64,000 nucleotides of DNA, from positions 4,712,001 through 4,776,000 of the forward strand of contig OX597834.1 in the NCBI GenBank assembly GCA_951406725.2, in the 5' to 3' direction. The translations under genes were made by a program, and so were the position numbers. The notes beneath the pieces are model-generated. The model had not been told where the DNA came from and searched no databases. It saw nothing but the letters and a program-made list of their open reading frames with translations. Positions 39,001-52,740 of this stretch are shown here, in pieces; positions within the stretch are counted from its first letter, which is position 1, and every line of letters starts with the position of its first letter. This DNA is from Octopus vulgaris. Taxonomy: Eukaryota.

Positions 39001-39514
39001 AAATTAATTTTCATTTCTGCAAACATAAATATTTCTCTAAAATCTTGCTCAAATTTTAGTTTTAGTACTATACAAAATTAATTTTGCATTTTGTCTCTAA
39101 AACAACCAAAACGTTCATTAACTGTTTTAAATAGAAAAACAGAAAAATGATAATTATTTGAAACTTTGGAAAATACGAATTTAAATTATTGCATGTTTTA
39201 AGTATTTTATTAGAGAAATTAATTTTTGTAAAGAATTAAATTTTCATTATATGATTTTTAAATTTATTTATTTTCTTATTTTAACCTATAATTACGTTTC
39301 TTTTAAATGAAAAGTAACATAATTATGTTCCTTATAATTATCTAATAATATTACAGACAAAAACTATACAGCTATTAAATTATTTGGCTGCTGTATTATT
39401 CTGCTTTTCATTTGTTCAAATTTCACGCGTTTCACAATGACTATAGAACGAAATCGAACGAATCGTTGAAATCATTAAAATAAACAAGTTCGATTAAAAA
39501 CACAAATATTTAGC

Positions 39515-39606
39515 ATCATCGACCCCAGTACTTGACTGGTACTTAATTTACCGACCCCGAAAGAATGAAAGGCGAAATAGACTTCGGCGGAATTTGAACT
39601 CAGATC
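39515..39606 (-). mobile_element. SINE B central-domain fragment
   Basis: ATCGACCCCAGT...GACCCCGAAAGAATGAAAGGC...GGCGGAATTTGAACTCAGA. Confidence 0.75.
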
Positions 39607-39730
39607 ATAGAAAGGATCAATAATAATCTCTGATATAATATACAATACAAAATTTAATTCCTTCCGTTACAATTAGAATGCAATGAATGCTCTCTGAACA
39701 ACAATTTTTTACGTTAGAGCGAGCCAGCTG

Positions 39731-40884
39731 CAACCACGACCACCACGACCACCACGATCACCACCACGACCACCACGACCGCCACGACCGCCACGACCGC
39801 CACTACCACCACCACCACCACGACCGCCACCACCACGACCACCACCACCACCACCACCACCACGACCGCCACGACCGCCACGACCGCCACTACCACCGCC
39901 ACCACCACGACCGCCACCACCACGACCACCACCACGACCACCACGACCGCCACGACCGCCACGACCGCCACTACCACCGCCACCACCACGACCGCCACCA
40001 CCACGACCACCACCACGACCACCACGACCGCCACGACCGCCACGACCGCCACAACCACCGCCACCACCACGACCGCCACCACCACGACCACCACGACCGC
40101 CACGACCGCCACGACCGCCACTACCACCGCCACCACCACGACCGCCACCACCACGACCACCACCACGACCACCACGACCGCCACGACCGCCACGACCGCC
40201 ACTACCACCACCACCACGACCGCCACCACCACGATCACCACCACGACCACCACGACCGCCACGACCGCCACGACCGCCACTACCACCGCCACCACCACGA
40301 CCGCCACCACCACGACCACCACGACCGCCACCACGACCACCACGACCACCACGACCGCCACGACCGTCACCACCACCGCCACCACCACGACCACCACGAC
40401 CACCACGACCACCACGACCACCACGACCGCCACGACCGTCACTACCACCGCCACCACCACGACCACCACAACCACCACGACCGCCACCACCGCCACGACC
40501 GTCACCACCACCGCCACCACCACGACCCCCACGACCACCAGGACCACCACGACCACCACGACCGCCACGACCGCCACCACGACCGCCACCACCACGACCA
40601 CCACGACCACCACGACCGCAACCACCGCCACCACCACCGCCACCACCACCGCTACCACCACCGCCACAACGCTACGACCGCCACCACCACCACAACCACC
40701 ACCACCACCACCACCGCTACCACCACGACCACCACGACCACCACGACCACCACGACTGCCACGACCGCCACCACCACCACCACAACCACCACGACCACCA
40801 CCACCACCACTATAATCATCATAAACATCATCAGCATCGCCAGCAGCAGCAGCATCACCAACAACACCGCCACTATCACTACCT

Positions 40885-40916
<32 letters not shown>

Positions 40917-40920
40917 AAAC
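39731..40920. repeat. 1.2-kb cryptic trinucleotide repeat (CAC/GAC/CGC/TAC) with higher-order periodicity, ending in (AAC)n
   Basis: Directly visible. The block (GACCGCCAC)x3-TACCACCGCCACCACCAC recurs roughly every 60-70 bp in the first half. Confidence 0.95.
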
Positions 40921-41206
40921 ATAATTGATAACATTAACTTTTAATCGTTTCTATTGTCAACAACTGAGGGACAGTTCAGAGGTGGAATACAAAATTAAAC
41001 AACAATCAACGAGAGATTTATATAAAGTCGAATAATGAGATGAGGAAAAATGAAAGACAATAATTAGATGATTAATTGACAATATGACGAGATATTAATT
41101 GTATAGAAAGCAGTAATGAATTCGGTGGGGGGGGGGCTCAAAGATATGAGATGATTTGCGGTACGGATCCTCAAACACTGACACCCCTTAAGCCAAATAA
41201 TGGTAG

Positions 41207-41592
41207 GTAGGAGCACTCCGTCGGTTACGACGACGAGGGTTCCGGTTGATCCGAATCAACGGAACAGCCTGCTCGTGAAATTAACGTGTAAGTGGCTGAG
41301 CACTCCACAGACACGTGTACCCTTAACGTAGTTCTCGGGGATATTCAGCGTGACACAGAGAGTGACAAGGCCGGCCCTTTGAAATACAGGTAAAACAGAA
41401 AGAGGAAGTAAGAGTGAGAGAAAGTTGTGGTGAAAGAGTACAGCAGGGATCACCACCACTCCCCTGCTGCAGCCTCGTGGAGCTTTAGGCGTTTTCGCTC
41501 AATAAACACTCACAACGCCCGGTCTGGGAATCGAAACCGCGATCCTACGACCGCGAGTCCGCCGCCCTAACCATTGGACCATTGCGCATCCA
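41207..41592 (-). mobile_element. SINE family C (tail type 2), full length
   Basis: tRNA-like head at 41520-41592. A 14-bp TSD CCAAATAATGGTAG lies at 41193-41206 and 41593-41606. Confidence 0.92.
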
Positions 41593-41723
41593 CCAAATAA
41601 TGGTAGCCTACTGATGTATAGTAAACCAAGCGAATAGTCACCCAACTTTTAAAAAAATTATTGCAGACCAACATAACCCTTTTCACATTCACTTGTTTTC
41701 TCAATTGTTACTTGAAAGAAATT

Positions 41724-42292
41724 ATTTATTTCTTTATTGACCACAAGGGGCTAAACACGGAGAGGATAAGCAAGGACAGACAAACGGGTTAAGTCGATTA
41801 CATCGATCCCAGTGCGTAACTGGTAATTAATTTATCGACCCCGAAAGGATGAAAGGCAAAGTCAACCTCGGCGGAATTTGAACTCAGAACGTAACGGCAG
41901 ACGAAATACCTATTTCTTTACTACCCACAAGGGGCTAAACATAGAGGGGACAAACAAAGACAGGCAAACAGTGCGTATCTGGTACTTTATTTATCGACCC
42001 CGGCGGAATTTATCGACCTCGGCGGAATTTGAACTCAGAACGTAACGGCAGACGAAATACCTATTTCTTTATTACCCACAAGGGGCTAAACATAGAGGGG
42101 ACAAACATGGACAGACATAGGTATTAAGTCGATTATATCGACCTCAGTGCGTAACTGGTACTTATTTAATCGACCCAGAAAGGATGAAAGGCAAAGTCGA
42201 CCACCGCGGAATTTGAACTCAGAACGTAACGGCAGACGAAATACCGCTAAGCATTTCGCCCGACGTGCTAACGTTTCTGCCAGCTCGCCGCT
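41724..42292 (-). mobile_element. SINE family B trimer (head + 3 units, middle unit internally rearranged)
   Basis: Junctions GACGAAATACC|TATTTC at ~41910 and ~42061. TSD TTACT(T/A)GAAAGAAATT at 41708-41723 and 42293-42308. Confidence 0.92.
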
Positions 42293-42940
42293 TTACTAGA
42301 AAGAAATTTTGAGTACTCGAACAGTGACGACAGAACGTTCCCAGATATAACCTCTGCACTGGAAAATAGGCTATTCGAGCTCCCTTGCTAGGGGTAATAT
42401 TGGTTGTATTCGAACGATGAAGTCAGGCGTTAGTCAGAATTATCTAAAAATTCATAACAACTGTTCGACAAAAACTTATAAATCTGCACTGCACAAACAT
42501 ATAACAAGCTTGCGTATGTTTAACAATAATCAACATAAATATATAGCAATTAACTGTACAATTCATTCCCTATAACACCATATAAATTATAGCAACTGAC
42601 ACAACCTATTCTACCTAATCTAAATGAAATAATAAACATTCTACTCAATCACTCGTAATGCGATAAAACAGTAAATATTCTCACATAATCGATAACTGCC
42701 ACTAAACAACGTCTCTAACCATCATTATAATACAGCATTATGGATATATCATTGACACAATCACCGCATGACTATAAAATATATTAGCAGAAAAATGAGG
42801 GTAAACTCGCCTTAAGATAAAATATGGCAGATGATGAGTAAGGTTGAAGTACACGGAGACGGTGGAAATGTAACCCGTCTTTTAAAATTTCGAAATTTCA
42901 GCTACCTCCATCTAATGTTTTGATAACAGCGGAGATTATA

Positions 42941-43333
42941 TCTTTATATATAAAAGTGAAGTTGTGTGTCTGTCTCCTACGATTTAGATTCCTAACTACT
43001 CCCACATTTTGCGGTGCAGTTTAACCAAAACCGGGTATCTTATAGTCGTGATTCATATCGAACCCTTCTGGGTATTAGCGCGCGTCTACGATGAGTTTAC
43101 GATTAAAAAAAAAATACCATAATTTTTTTCCATTTTAATGCATTTTTTCGCTATTAAATAAGGGAAGTAACTCTCTAAAATTGTCTAGGATGAGTCAACG
43201 ATTTAAAAAAAAATTACCATAATTTCTTTTCCATTTTTAATGCATTTTTTTTGCTATTTTACGGCTATATCTCTAAAAATGCTTATATAGTTATTTCTCT
43301 TACAAACCCGAGCAACGCCGGGTATTCTGTTAG
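42941..43333 (+). mobile_element. Non-autonomous Helitron-like element
   Basis: A|TCTTTATATATAAAAG 5' end, internal duplicated segment, and a 3' hairpin CCCGAGCAACGCCGGG followed by TTAG|T (CTAG variant). Confidence 0.75.
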
Positions 43334-43635
43334 TTTAGATATATAGAAATATGTTACCACTTAAGGTGGAGGCGGGGTGCTTAGGATGCATTTCAATTTG
43401 TCTAGTAAGAGTTAAATGAGCATTTGTAATCTGCGATGCTCATAAACTGATGAGAAATCATAGGAGTAGTGCTTTAGGGAAGGTGCCTACATTTTGCCAC
43501 AAAAAAAAAAAAAAAAATCAGAAGATATGCCTACATGTGACAAAAAATTGATATCAATACCACTGAAGCTCTGGAATTCCAACACTTTTTCGACTACGTA
43601 TACCAAGAAAATCCACTCTATCGTCATGGCATATA

Positions 43636-44442
43636 GTGGGTCATCCCATAAATAATGCGGTTTTTTAAATACTTCTTGTATTATTCTAAATTAAGATAAA
43701 TTTCTTTTTAAAGTTACTCTCTTTCATTTTCTACAAAGTTCTTCCACCTATCTGGTAGACTTGCAAGGTCCCTCTTCCAAAATTTGTCTGTGACGAAAAA
43801 TACTCCTCCAGTATTGTTCTGACCTCATCTACAGAATTCATATTTCTTCCGTCCGAATGATTTTGAAGACTGTGGAATAAATGATAATCAGTTGGGGCAA
43901 GGTTCGGCGAATATGGTGGGTGGGGCATCGTTTCCCATTCAAACTGCTCCAGCCTTTGGAATGTCATCTTCACTGTATGTGGCCGAGCATTATCCTGATG
44001 GAAGAACACCGTTCATCTTCAAACCAAAGATGATCGTTCTCCGATGACACGCAGATGCCAATGAATCAGGTTTCTCTGCTAGTTTCTCAACAGTTACGAT
44101 AGGATTTTGCTCCACCAGGGTTTGCAGGATGTCCTCGTCGTTCTCTTTCAGGACGAGGCTCGTCTTTTAGGCTGTAGTTTTCAGTTTGGAATATCTTGAC
44201 CTACCGCACTTTTTTTGCCTTTATTGAACTCACAAAGCAAAATATGTTGAATATACTCCTTTCTCGCTTCCATTTCTGCGTTGGAAAAATAACTGTTAAA
44301 CTCCAACTGCACTCTTTGAAACTTGCACTAAAAATAAAACTATATGCTTTTATATCAAGTTGATGGAGGTAGATTATCCTGCCCACCTCCGACGTTTAGT
44401 TCATGCAATTGAAAAAACCGCATTATTTCTGGGACGACCCAA
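43636..44442 (-). mobile_element. Internally deleted mariner transposon
   Basis: TIRs (G/T)TGGGTC(A/G)TCCCA(T/G)AAATAATGCGGTTTTTT flanked by TA. ORF 43731-44009 encodes HQDNARPH...HPPYSPNLAPTDYHLF, the mariner DD34D catalytic region. Confidence 0.92.
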
Positions 44443-45404
44443 TATATTGCTGAACCAAAACAGACCCACTGCCTCCAAAATGCTCAAAATTGAAATCATC
44501 TTTCTTAGGCTCAACATAAACCATTTGGAGTGATCTGAATTTGATATTTCACCTCATTAACAACGTGCTACTCAACATTACCCTTCCTTTTAATCTTTTC
44601 CTTATCGTTTTTGAAAGCCTTACCCTCCTCCTACAAACGCATATTATTTCAATTTAGATTTAGACTTTAGCTGCAATATTTTTCAGCTTACACTTCATGA
44701 CTTGTACTTTTTTCCAGGTTCAATTAAGTAAGTATATTATAACTCCCTAAACTGCAATTTTCTTGAGAATCTATTCATTTTCAAGGCAATGCTTTTTACG
44801 CATAATTAATTTTTCACAAATGTTTTAAGTATAACCGGAAAGTAAATGTTACATTAAAAAAGGATTACATAAAGATGACAACGAGGCACCAATGTGAGTC
44901 TGCTATTACTTTTACGCGCCACTTTTCTCGCATTAAAAATATTACTTAATCCATACTATATTCCTTTCACAATTAGATAAATGAATTTGTTGAGAAATAG
45001 AGAAATCTATAAAAATAATGTTTAATAAATAACCATTTTATAAAGCATTTACTTTCGCTTATCCACGATAACCTTATTTAGTTTTTAATATAATATATTA
45101 AGTTTTCTTCCAATTTCAATCTTGCACTTACTTGTCCTTAAAAGAAAAGATCATATAATCCTACCTTTAACATAAAACCATTAATTTATGCGCCTAGAAA
45201 TTGCAGCTAAAAGAATATTTCACCTAAAATCCAATATTTTCATAAGAATTATTAAATATACTTATTTTCAACTTCTGTATACGCAATTCCACTCAGAAGC
45301 TGGGCTGCAGAATGTATCGTTTGCGAAAGAAGATGCTACGCAGCGAGAAAGAAAATACGAAATCTTATTTGTCAAAAGACTTCAGGAACGCTTTGTGCTT
45401 CTTT

Positions 45405-45775
45405 TATATGTATGTATGTATGTGTGTGTGTATGTATGTATGTATGTATGTATGTATGTATGTATGTATGTATGTATGTATGTATGTATGTATGTATGTA
45501 TGTATGTATGTGTGTATGTATGTATGCATGCATGTATGTATGCATGTATGTATGCATGTATGTATGTATGTATGTATGTATGTATGTATGTATGAATGTA
45601 TGTATGTATGTATGTATGAATGTATGTATGTATATATGTAAGTATATTTAAATATGTATGTATGTAAGTATGTATGTATGTATATCTAAATATGTATGTG
45701 TGTGTGTATGTATGTGTGTATGTGTGTATGTATGTATGTACGTACGTACGTACGTATGTATGTATGTATGTATAT
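45405..45775. repeat. (TATG)n microsatellite
   Basis: Directly visible. Confidence 0.95.
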
Positions 45776-46625
45776 TTAAAGAGATTTGTTGGATAAGGTC
45801 GAAACAATGACGGAAGTTTAATGTTTTCTCATCCGTTAAATGCTATTGTTAGCATCGTCACCACTTTGGTAGCTATTAGGAAAGGCTTCCGATGTAAAAA
45901 GTACAATTTCATACTTCCCACTTTCCCTGTACACGCTTGTGTTGTCATTTCATTTTTAATGTTAGAAATACATCTGGTATTCGCATAATTCTTATAATTA
46001 GGCGATCATTGCCTTCACTCAAGAACATTATTATAACTGGATAATCTTTTACAATTCTACCTGTAACCATTTCAGAATAAATTGGTTCTATGAAGACAGA
46101 CTCAGTGTTCTTTTCCTCTTATTGAAGAAGACATATAACGTTTCAGTTTTCCTCCTTCTTCGAAATAATGGATTCTAACAAAGGAACAATGTCGGAAATC
46201 TCAGTAGGGATCGACATGACGCTGTTTGAATTAGAATCTAGACAGAGATAAACAAATGATACAAAGCGTCGCTCACCAATTATGTCGTCACCTGCTCTCT
46301 CCATTTTATAGCGATAATAACAATAATAAATTCAGTTCATCACAGAAGTATCTTATGTTTCTAAACAACTTTCTGTGAGAAATTTTATAATGTATTACTG
46401 AATAAAGAAAAACTGCTCCAGTGTTCGAGCAAAGCCATATATTACCTGTTAAAGTAACTATTAAATATATAAGGGAACTGATATTCAGATGGGCTTCTTC
46501 ATGGTTCAATCCGATTTGACAAAACTCAATGCTCCTCGCGATCTGATCTCATATTACGAGTTTATTTGATAGCATGCAACAGAAGAACAATTGGTTTGCG
46601 ATAAAATGTTACATAGCATGTTACG

Positions 46626-46788
46626 TAGGCGTAGGAGTGGCTGTGTAGTAAATAGCTCGTTTACCAACCACACGGTTCCGGGTTCAGTCCCACTGGGTGG
46701 CACCATGGGTAAGTGTCTTCTACTATAGCCTCTGGCCGACCAAAGACTTGTGAATGGATTTGGTAGACGGAAACTGAAAGAAGCCCGT

Positions 46789-46790
<2 letters not shown>
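46626..46790 (+). mobile_element. SINE family A 5' half, ending at its internal (TA)n
   Basis: Head through GAAAGAAGCCCGTTG then TA tract. The 3' half is not found nearby. Confidence 0.88.
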
Positions 46791-46820
<30 letters not shown>

Positions 46821-46824
<4 letters not shown>

Positions 46825-46879
46825 ATCCAAACAAGAAAGCACAAAAAAACAGCAACACGAGGGCGTGGAACAAATATAG

Positions 46880-46884
<5 letters not shown>
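46821..46884 (-). mobile_element. 3' fragment of the 201-bp hammerhead repeat family, within (TA)n
   Basis: Reverse complement of TAATAC...TTTGTTCCACG.CCTCG.GTTGCTGT...TTTCTTGTTTGGATTAAC seen at 23941-24020. Confidence 0.85.
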
Positions 46885-46958
<74 letters not shown>

Positions 46959-46959
<1 letters not shown>

Positions 46960-47690
46960 CGTTATATAATTAGGGCTCAGTAAAATAATTTACTTTACCA
47001 CATACTGAAACTTTTAGAAGTAGCAGCCAAAAAGTTTTTTAGCCATTTTTTCTACTATAAGAAAAGTCTCCCAGATAGTGTCTACTCAAAAATAATTCAC
47101 GTAGATATGGAGGGAAAAACAGCAAAATATCACATGTACAAAGATCATTTGAGAACGTTACGTTTCTGGATAAGTTGAATTAAAACTCGACATTTCTTTC
47201 GTCAGCTCAAAATTTCTTAATTTGGATTTGAAATCACTAAAAAATTGAACATACCCGTCTGATATGAGTAACCGTAGACAAACCATCTCCAAACTGCCAG
47301 TGCCAGCAAATTCAAAAAGTTCGAGTGAAGATTCGTATTCTTCCCGCTTCCATCCACGTGAGTTATAGAGTAAACATATTATTACGATGAGAACCGCAGT
47401 AAAGAACAGGGTGAGAGGAATTGTATTACCAATAATAAAAGGGTAAAATCAATTAATTATTAATTAATTTCACCAAGTAGTGTTCAGTAGTGTTATAGTA
47501 GAAGAAATGGCTAAAAAAACTTTTTGGCTGCTATTTCTAAAAGTTTCAGTATGTGGTAAAATAAATTATTTTACTGAGCCCTAATTATATAACGTAATAT
47601 TTTGAATATACCTTGAATGGTCCTTTTACATACTGAACACTACTTGGTGAAATTAATTAATAATTAATTGATTTTACCCTTTTATTATTG

Positions 47691-47695
<5 letters not shown>
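46959..47695. mobile_element. (TA)n-embedded Penelope-like remnant with inverted terminal segments and a hammerhead
   Basis: 46959-47059 is inverted at 47493-47593, and 47430-47489 is inverted at 47631-47690. A hammerhead lies on the minus strand at 47148-47211. Confidence 0.65.
47148..47211 (-). ncRNA. Type I hammerhead ribozyme motif
   Basis: Minus strand: TTTGAG-CTGACGA-[imperfect long stem II]-GAA-ACG-TAA-CGT-T-CTCAAA. It has a 6-bp stem I, a 3-bp stem III and a GUU site. Stem II is degenerate. Confidence 0.6.
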
Positions 47696-47722
<27 letters not shown>

Positions 47723-47727
<5 letters not shown>

Positions 47728-47916
47728 CGAAGGTTATAATGGACACAGTTTGTGTGTCAAATAGCTAACTTAAGACGATGGCCTCATGGAGCTAATCAGT
47801 GACAGCTTTAGTCTTATATCTATAAGACTGCCATATTAATATGGCGATAACAATTAATTTCCAGTAACGCTGCCGTAATCTCTTTTTGAGAGACTTACTA
47901 ATTTTAATATTTCTAT

Positions 47917-47917
<1 letters not shown>
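47723..47917 (+). repeat. (TA)n-embedded repeat, same family as 51493-51694 (inverted)
   Basis: TTGTTCGAAGGTT.TAATGGAC.CAG...GCCATATTAATATGGCGATAAC is the reverse complement of 51497-51629. Confidence 0.8.
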
Positions 47918-47968
<51 letters not shown>

Positions 47969-47990
47969 TATACATACATACATACATACA

Positions 47991-48064
<74 letters not shown>

Positions 48065-49575
48065 TGTATATCATATATATGTATATATCGTATACACACT
48101 GACATTGCAGGAAGTAAATGGACACCTTTAATTTTCAAAATCATTTATCTAATACACAAAGCGAACAACTTGAACGTAATCGATATGTAGGGCTACATAC
48201 TTTAGTATTTAGCTGACATTCCCTTTGCAGTTTTTAATTCAGAAACTCGTTTTGGCATTCAACTGATGAGCTTTGTCTCTTGTGGAATTTCTGCCCACTT
48301 TTAATTGTTTTATTAAATATGTGTTATTACAGTTGCAAATAATATTAAGGACGTACGTATTCTGTAAAATTTCTATATTGATTTCACACAACATGCATTT
48401 GAATGATCGATATCGAGTCTATGACGATTAATGCTAACAATACGTTTATATTAATTCGTTTGAGAGACGGAGCTCCTTTCGTTGCCCTATCCAGGTTACG
48501 GGTATTTACTACGAGCTAACCAATGTTTTTCCAAAGTATATTGACATGCAGTAATGCAAATGAATTGTAAATATTTACATAAAGACACTTTGAGCCTATT
48601 ATACGGTGAAGATGATTTTATGCGAACTGTTCATCTCTAAATATTGAATCAGATAACAATAAAAATGTACTTTTCGTAGTCTTTGAATGAAAGGTGAATG
48701 CTTTTTTTAGTAAAATGCCATGCATGCTACGCCAAACAATATCTCACCAAAATTAATTTCTACCCAACTTGCAAAAAACGAAATAACGAAATTTTCTTCT
48801 ATTTTTTTTATTTTTGAGGTGTTGTTAAAAATTAAAGTCAGATTTTATCTAATTTTAAAGGAAATTATTTTAATCATATTACCACAGCCTAATTTCATTT
48901 AATTAAAATCACTTTAATTATATTATTAAAATTTATTGAAGCTAAAATCCGAATTGAAACGATAATGAAAATTTGAACAGAAACAAAAGAAAAGAAAAAA
49001 TAATAATTTTATATATTTTGTTTTATTTTCTTAAAAGGTTTCTTTTTTCTTTAAGATAATTAAACAAGGCCTAATTTAGTATTCATTCGTCTGCATTCAC
49101 TGTTATCAAAATCCATATTGGTAGGAGGGTTGATTTGACGTTGTAATTATTTAGCCCGAGGCCAGCAATGTCCACGCAGAAGTATTATGGAAAGCTTTCT
49201 AACTATCATCATTTGTATTTTATGTAGATAATGTCTCATTTAAGAATATGCCATCCATGCTGCACAATCTGAAGGGTACATAATGTCCAGCCAGGTAAGA
49301 GGCCCTGATAGCCTGAGAAGAACATCAAACAAAATGTTACCTCGATACTAAATGGCTAGTCTTTTATAGACACAGCGCATATATTCCTCATGGTATTGAC
49401 ACTCGAACCTGCTCATTACTCAGACGCATGGTCATAATTTGCATGAATATTTGAAAAGTAGCACAAATCCCAGAAGGAATGAGGTACTTTGAATAAAATA
49501 GTTTTGCGCTCCGTCAGTCAAATTAAACATTAAATTTCCTGCCTCAAGAACAATAATTTACGTAATAACCATGTA

Positions 49576-49791
49576 CGCGGGCGTGCTGAAAATGTCCTGG
49601 CTTTGGGTGAAAGAAAATATAGGAAGATAATTTAATTATGATTTTATTTAACACATTCCCTTCTCAGCTTCACACCATTATTGCAGCAGTACTTTGGTTT
49701 TTCTAAGTGCTGTAAAGAACTCGGAAAGTAGGGCCTCCAACCAGTTTTTTTGTGAAACCCTTAAGGCCAGGAACTTCTCAGCACCCCTTCG
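49576..49791. mobile_element. Mariner-derived MITE
   Basis: Imperfect TIRs CGCGGGCGTGCTGAAAATGTCCTGGCTTT and AAGGCCAGGAACTTCTCAGCACCCCTTCG, with TA at the left end. Confidence 0.65.
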
Positions 49792-51492
49792 TTTTGTGAA
49801 AAATGCCACGAGAATAGATTTAGGCAGGTCTCATGCACAGACATATAATTACTGCAAATTGTTTACAGAAAGTGTTTGAAGAGGACAGCACTCTGTTAGG
49901 TTAAGAAACAGATTCTTATATGGTATTTGAATCTATTTTACTCCAATCAATCATTAATATTACTGTGAAACGAGCAAAGATCACACAGCTCTTAAGTGTT
50001 AAAATGTGTTGCTATATATTTCAACGGAAAAATTCTCATTTTGTATTGCACGTCATCTGTATGGCTTTCAAATCAAATACGGAGAGAAGCAATGCGCAAC
50101 GTGTTAGCCCACCGTCCACTACGATACCCTGCCAACCTTAGCAGGTGCCTTCCACGGCTTTGAACTGCTTCGGTCCTGTATTATACACGCCGCAAATTTT
50201 TGACTCGCTCCAGTACAGACACATATACATACGTTGTACAAAAATATATACTAGTAAAAAAATTCAAAATAAAGTTTGGTCGAATGCAAATTTGAAATCT
50301 ATGTTTGTTTATTCCAACATATTGTCAGAAATATGCTTCTAGGTTATGTGGAACATATGTAATTTATATCCTCATTCTCAGACATATTCAGATATGGCAT
50401 GTTTATGAGGAGGATACATGCTGTTTCTTCAGTCAATAGATTGTACTACGTTCATTTCTTCTGTGTTGAGCTGCTTTAATCAAGATATTCCATTGTAAAT
50501 GGTTCCTTATATTGTTATCATTTAAGCACCAGGAATTGATTCAGAGAATATGTTTCACAGAGATATTTGTATTAATAATGCAATACTACATGACATTTTA
50601 TCGGTTTTCTGATTTGACTAGGTATGAAGTATATTGACTCTGTCAATATTACAATTCCAGCGACAAATATTGGAAAATAACTTCGCAGTATTACAATTTA
50701 TGATATCAAGGACACGATATAATCTAGTGTCAAATCGTATTAACATGACTCCGTATGGTTTACAAGCTACTTGTGTCAACCATGCTCTTTCACCCAAATG
50801 GTATTTATTCTTGTAACATTGAACACTATTTTATTCCAAATAAATGATTAAGATACGAAAATAATTACTGCAAACGTTTTTCACCGCCAAGCATATGCTC
50901 CATAGAGATTTACTTATCAACAAAATCAGTGAAGTTTTCTAAATTTGATGTGATTCTTTCAATTGAACAGAACACCCATTTAAGCGGGTTAATTATCCAC
51001 TACATTTTACCATTTATTTCGTTGCATGGTAGACCGTTATACTGAACCAAAATATGATATTTTTAAACTGCGATAAACATTTCTCTGTTTTCCTATTTAG
51101 TGAAATAATCTTAATCAATGGTTGACTCTAGTGTGCGTCTTTATAGGGTATTAAATGGAGAAAATATCTTTTTGTGAGTTTCTTCACTGAGGAAAGAGAA
51201 TACTTTTGACTTCTTTATCTCATTTTAGTCGTGAAAGATATCTGTATAGTTCCAAATGTGAAAAGAATTTTCTGCTTCAGTTTTTTTTTATCAATCACCA
51301 ATTCCTCTTAATGAAGGAATTATTAAGGACATTGGTTTCAGAAACTACAAAGGGCATTTTCAACTGTTGCTTCTTTTGCTAGTGTCCACTGCTTGACCAC
51401 CAATTTTAAGTTAGGTTTGACCTGAAGTAGAGGGATTCGTAGATGATAACATTGCATTATTTTAACGTTTTATGCGTATCAATAATTAGAAT

Positions 51493-51694
51493 TAATAGTT
51501 ATCGCCATACTAATATGGCAGTCTTATAAATATAAGACTAAAGCTGTCGCTGGTTAGCTCCATGAGGCCACCGCCTCAAGCTAGCTATTTGACACACGAA
51601 CCTGCGTCCATTAAGAACCTTCGAACAAGGGAGGTCAGCCGCTTCATCCTGCCAGTCAGACAGCTACAGACGAAGTTTCAGGGTTGTTGCCCCT
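51493..51694 (-). mobile_element. 5'-truncated retroposed repeat starting inside a hammerhead core
   Basis: 16-bp direct repeats TATCAATAATTAGAAT at 51477-51492 and 51695-51710. The minus strand begins (TGATA)A-GGGG-CAACAA-CCCT-GAAAC-TTC-GTC-TGTAG. Confidence 0.7.
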
Positions 51695-52289
51695 TATCAA
51701 TAATTAGAATGCTGCCAAATTAGGGTATCGATCAAAACCATCCAAGTATATATTCTTAAACTCTTGCAAATATTTTCGTAACTTCCCTTTACTGCATTGT
51801 AATAATGGACTGTTAATGGTACCGGCCATTAAGGCAGACGATGAGATTCTCTTGACAGCTTATTCAACCTGAATTTCAGAGAAAGATATGAATCCCAGAT
51901 GACACGAATCTTAAAGGAAATTTTACTATAAATTTATTAGTGAACCACCACCACCAGTAAATATTCTTTTGATCCTCCTACATTTGCTTTAAAGTAATTA
52001 CTTGAATTTAATTATTATCCATGTCTGTGTGTGTATAGATAATAGTTAAATTCAATATATATATATATATATTCACTTATATTTACTATAATATTTGCAG
52101 CCTTAATAAAGCTGGTCTTCGTACGAAACAATTGTACCGAAATATTGATCCATTTTTGTTGTTTTTTTCTTGTTTATAATCATCCCGTATTATCTTATGG
52201 TTAATACCATATAGATTTCTGCTGCATCTAAGTTAAGTACCGCATTCATGTGAATTCAACAGAACTCAATTGAATCTTAATTGCTTTTA

Positions 52290-52740
<451 letters not shown>

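Noticed and set aside
39714-40934. 406-aa poly-Val ORF on the minus strand
   Set aside because: Antisense reading of the CAC-type repeat.
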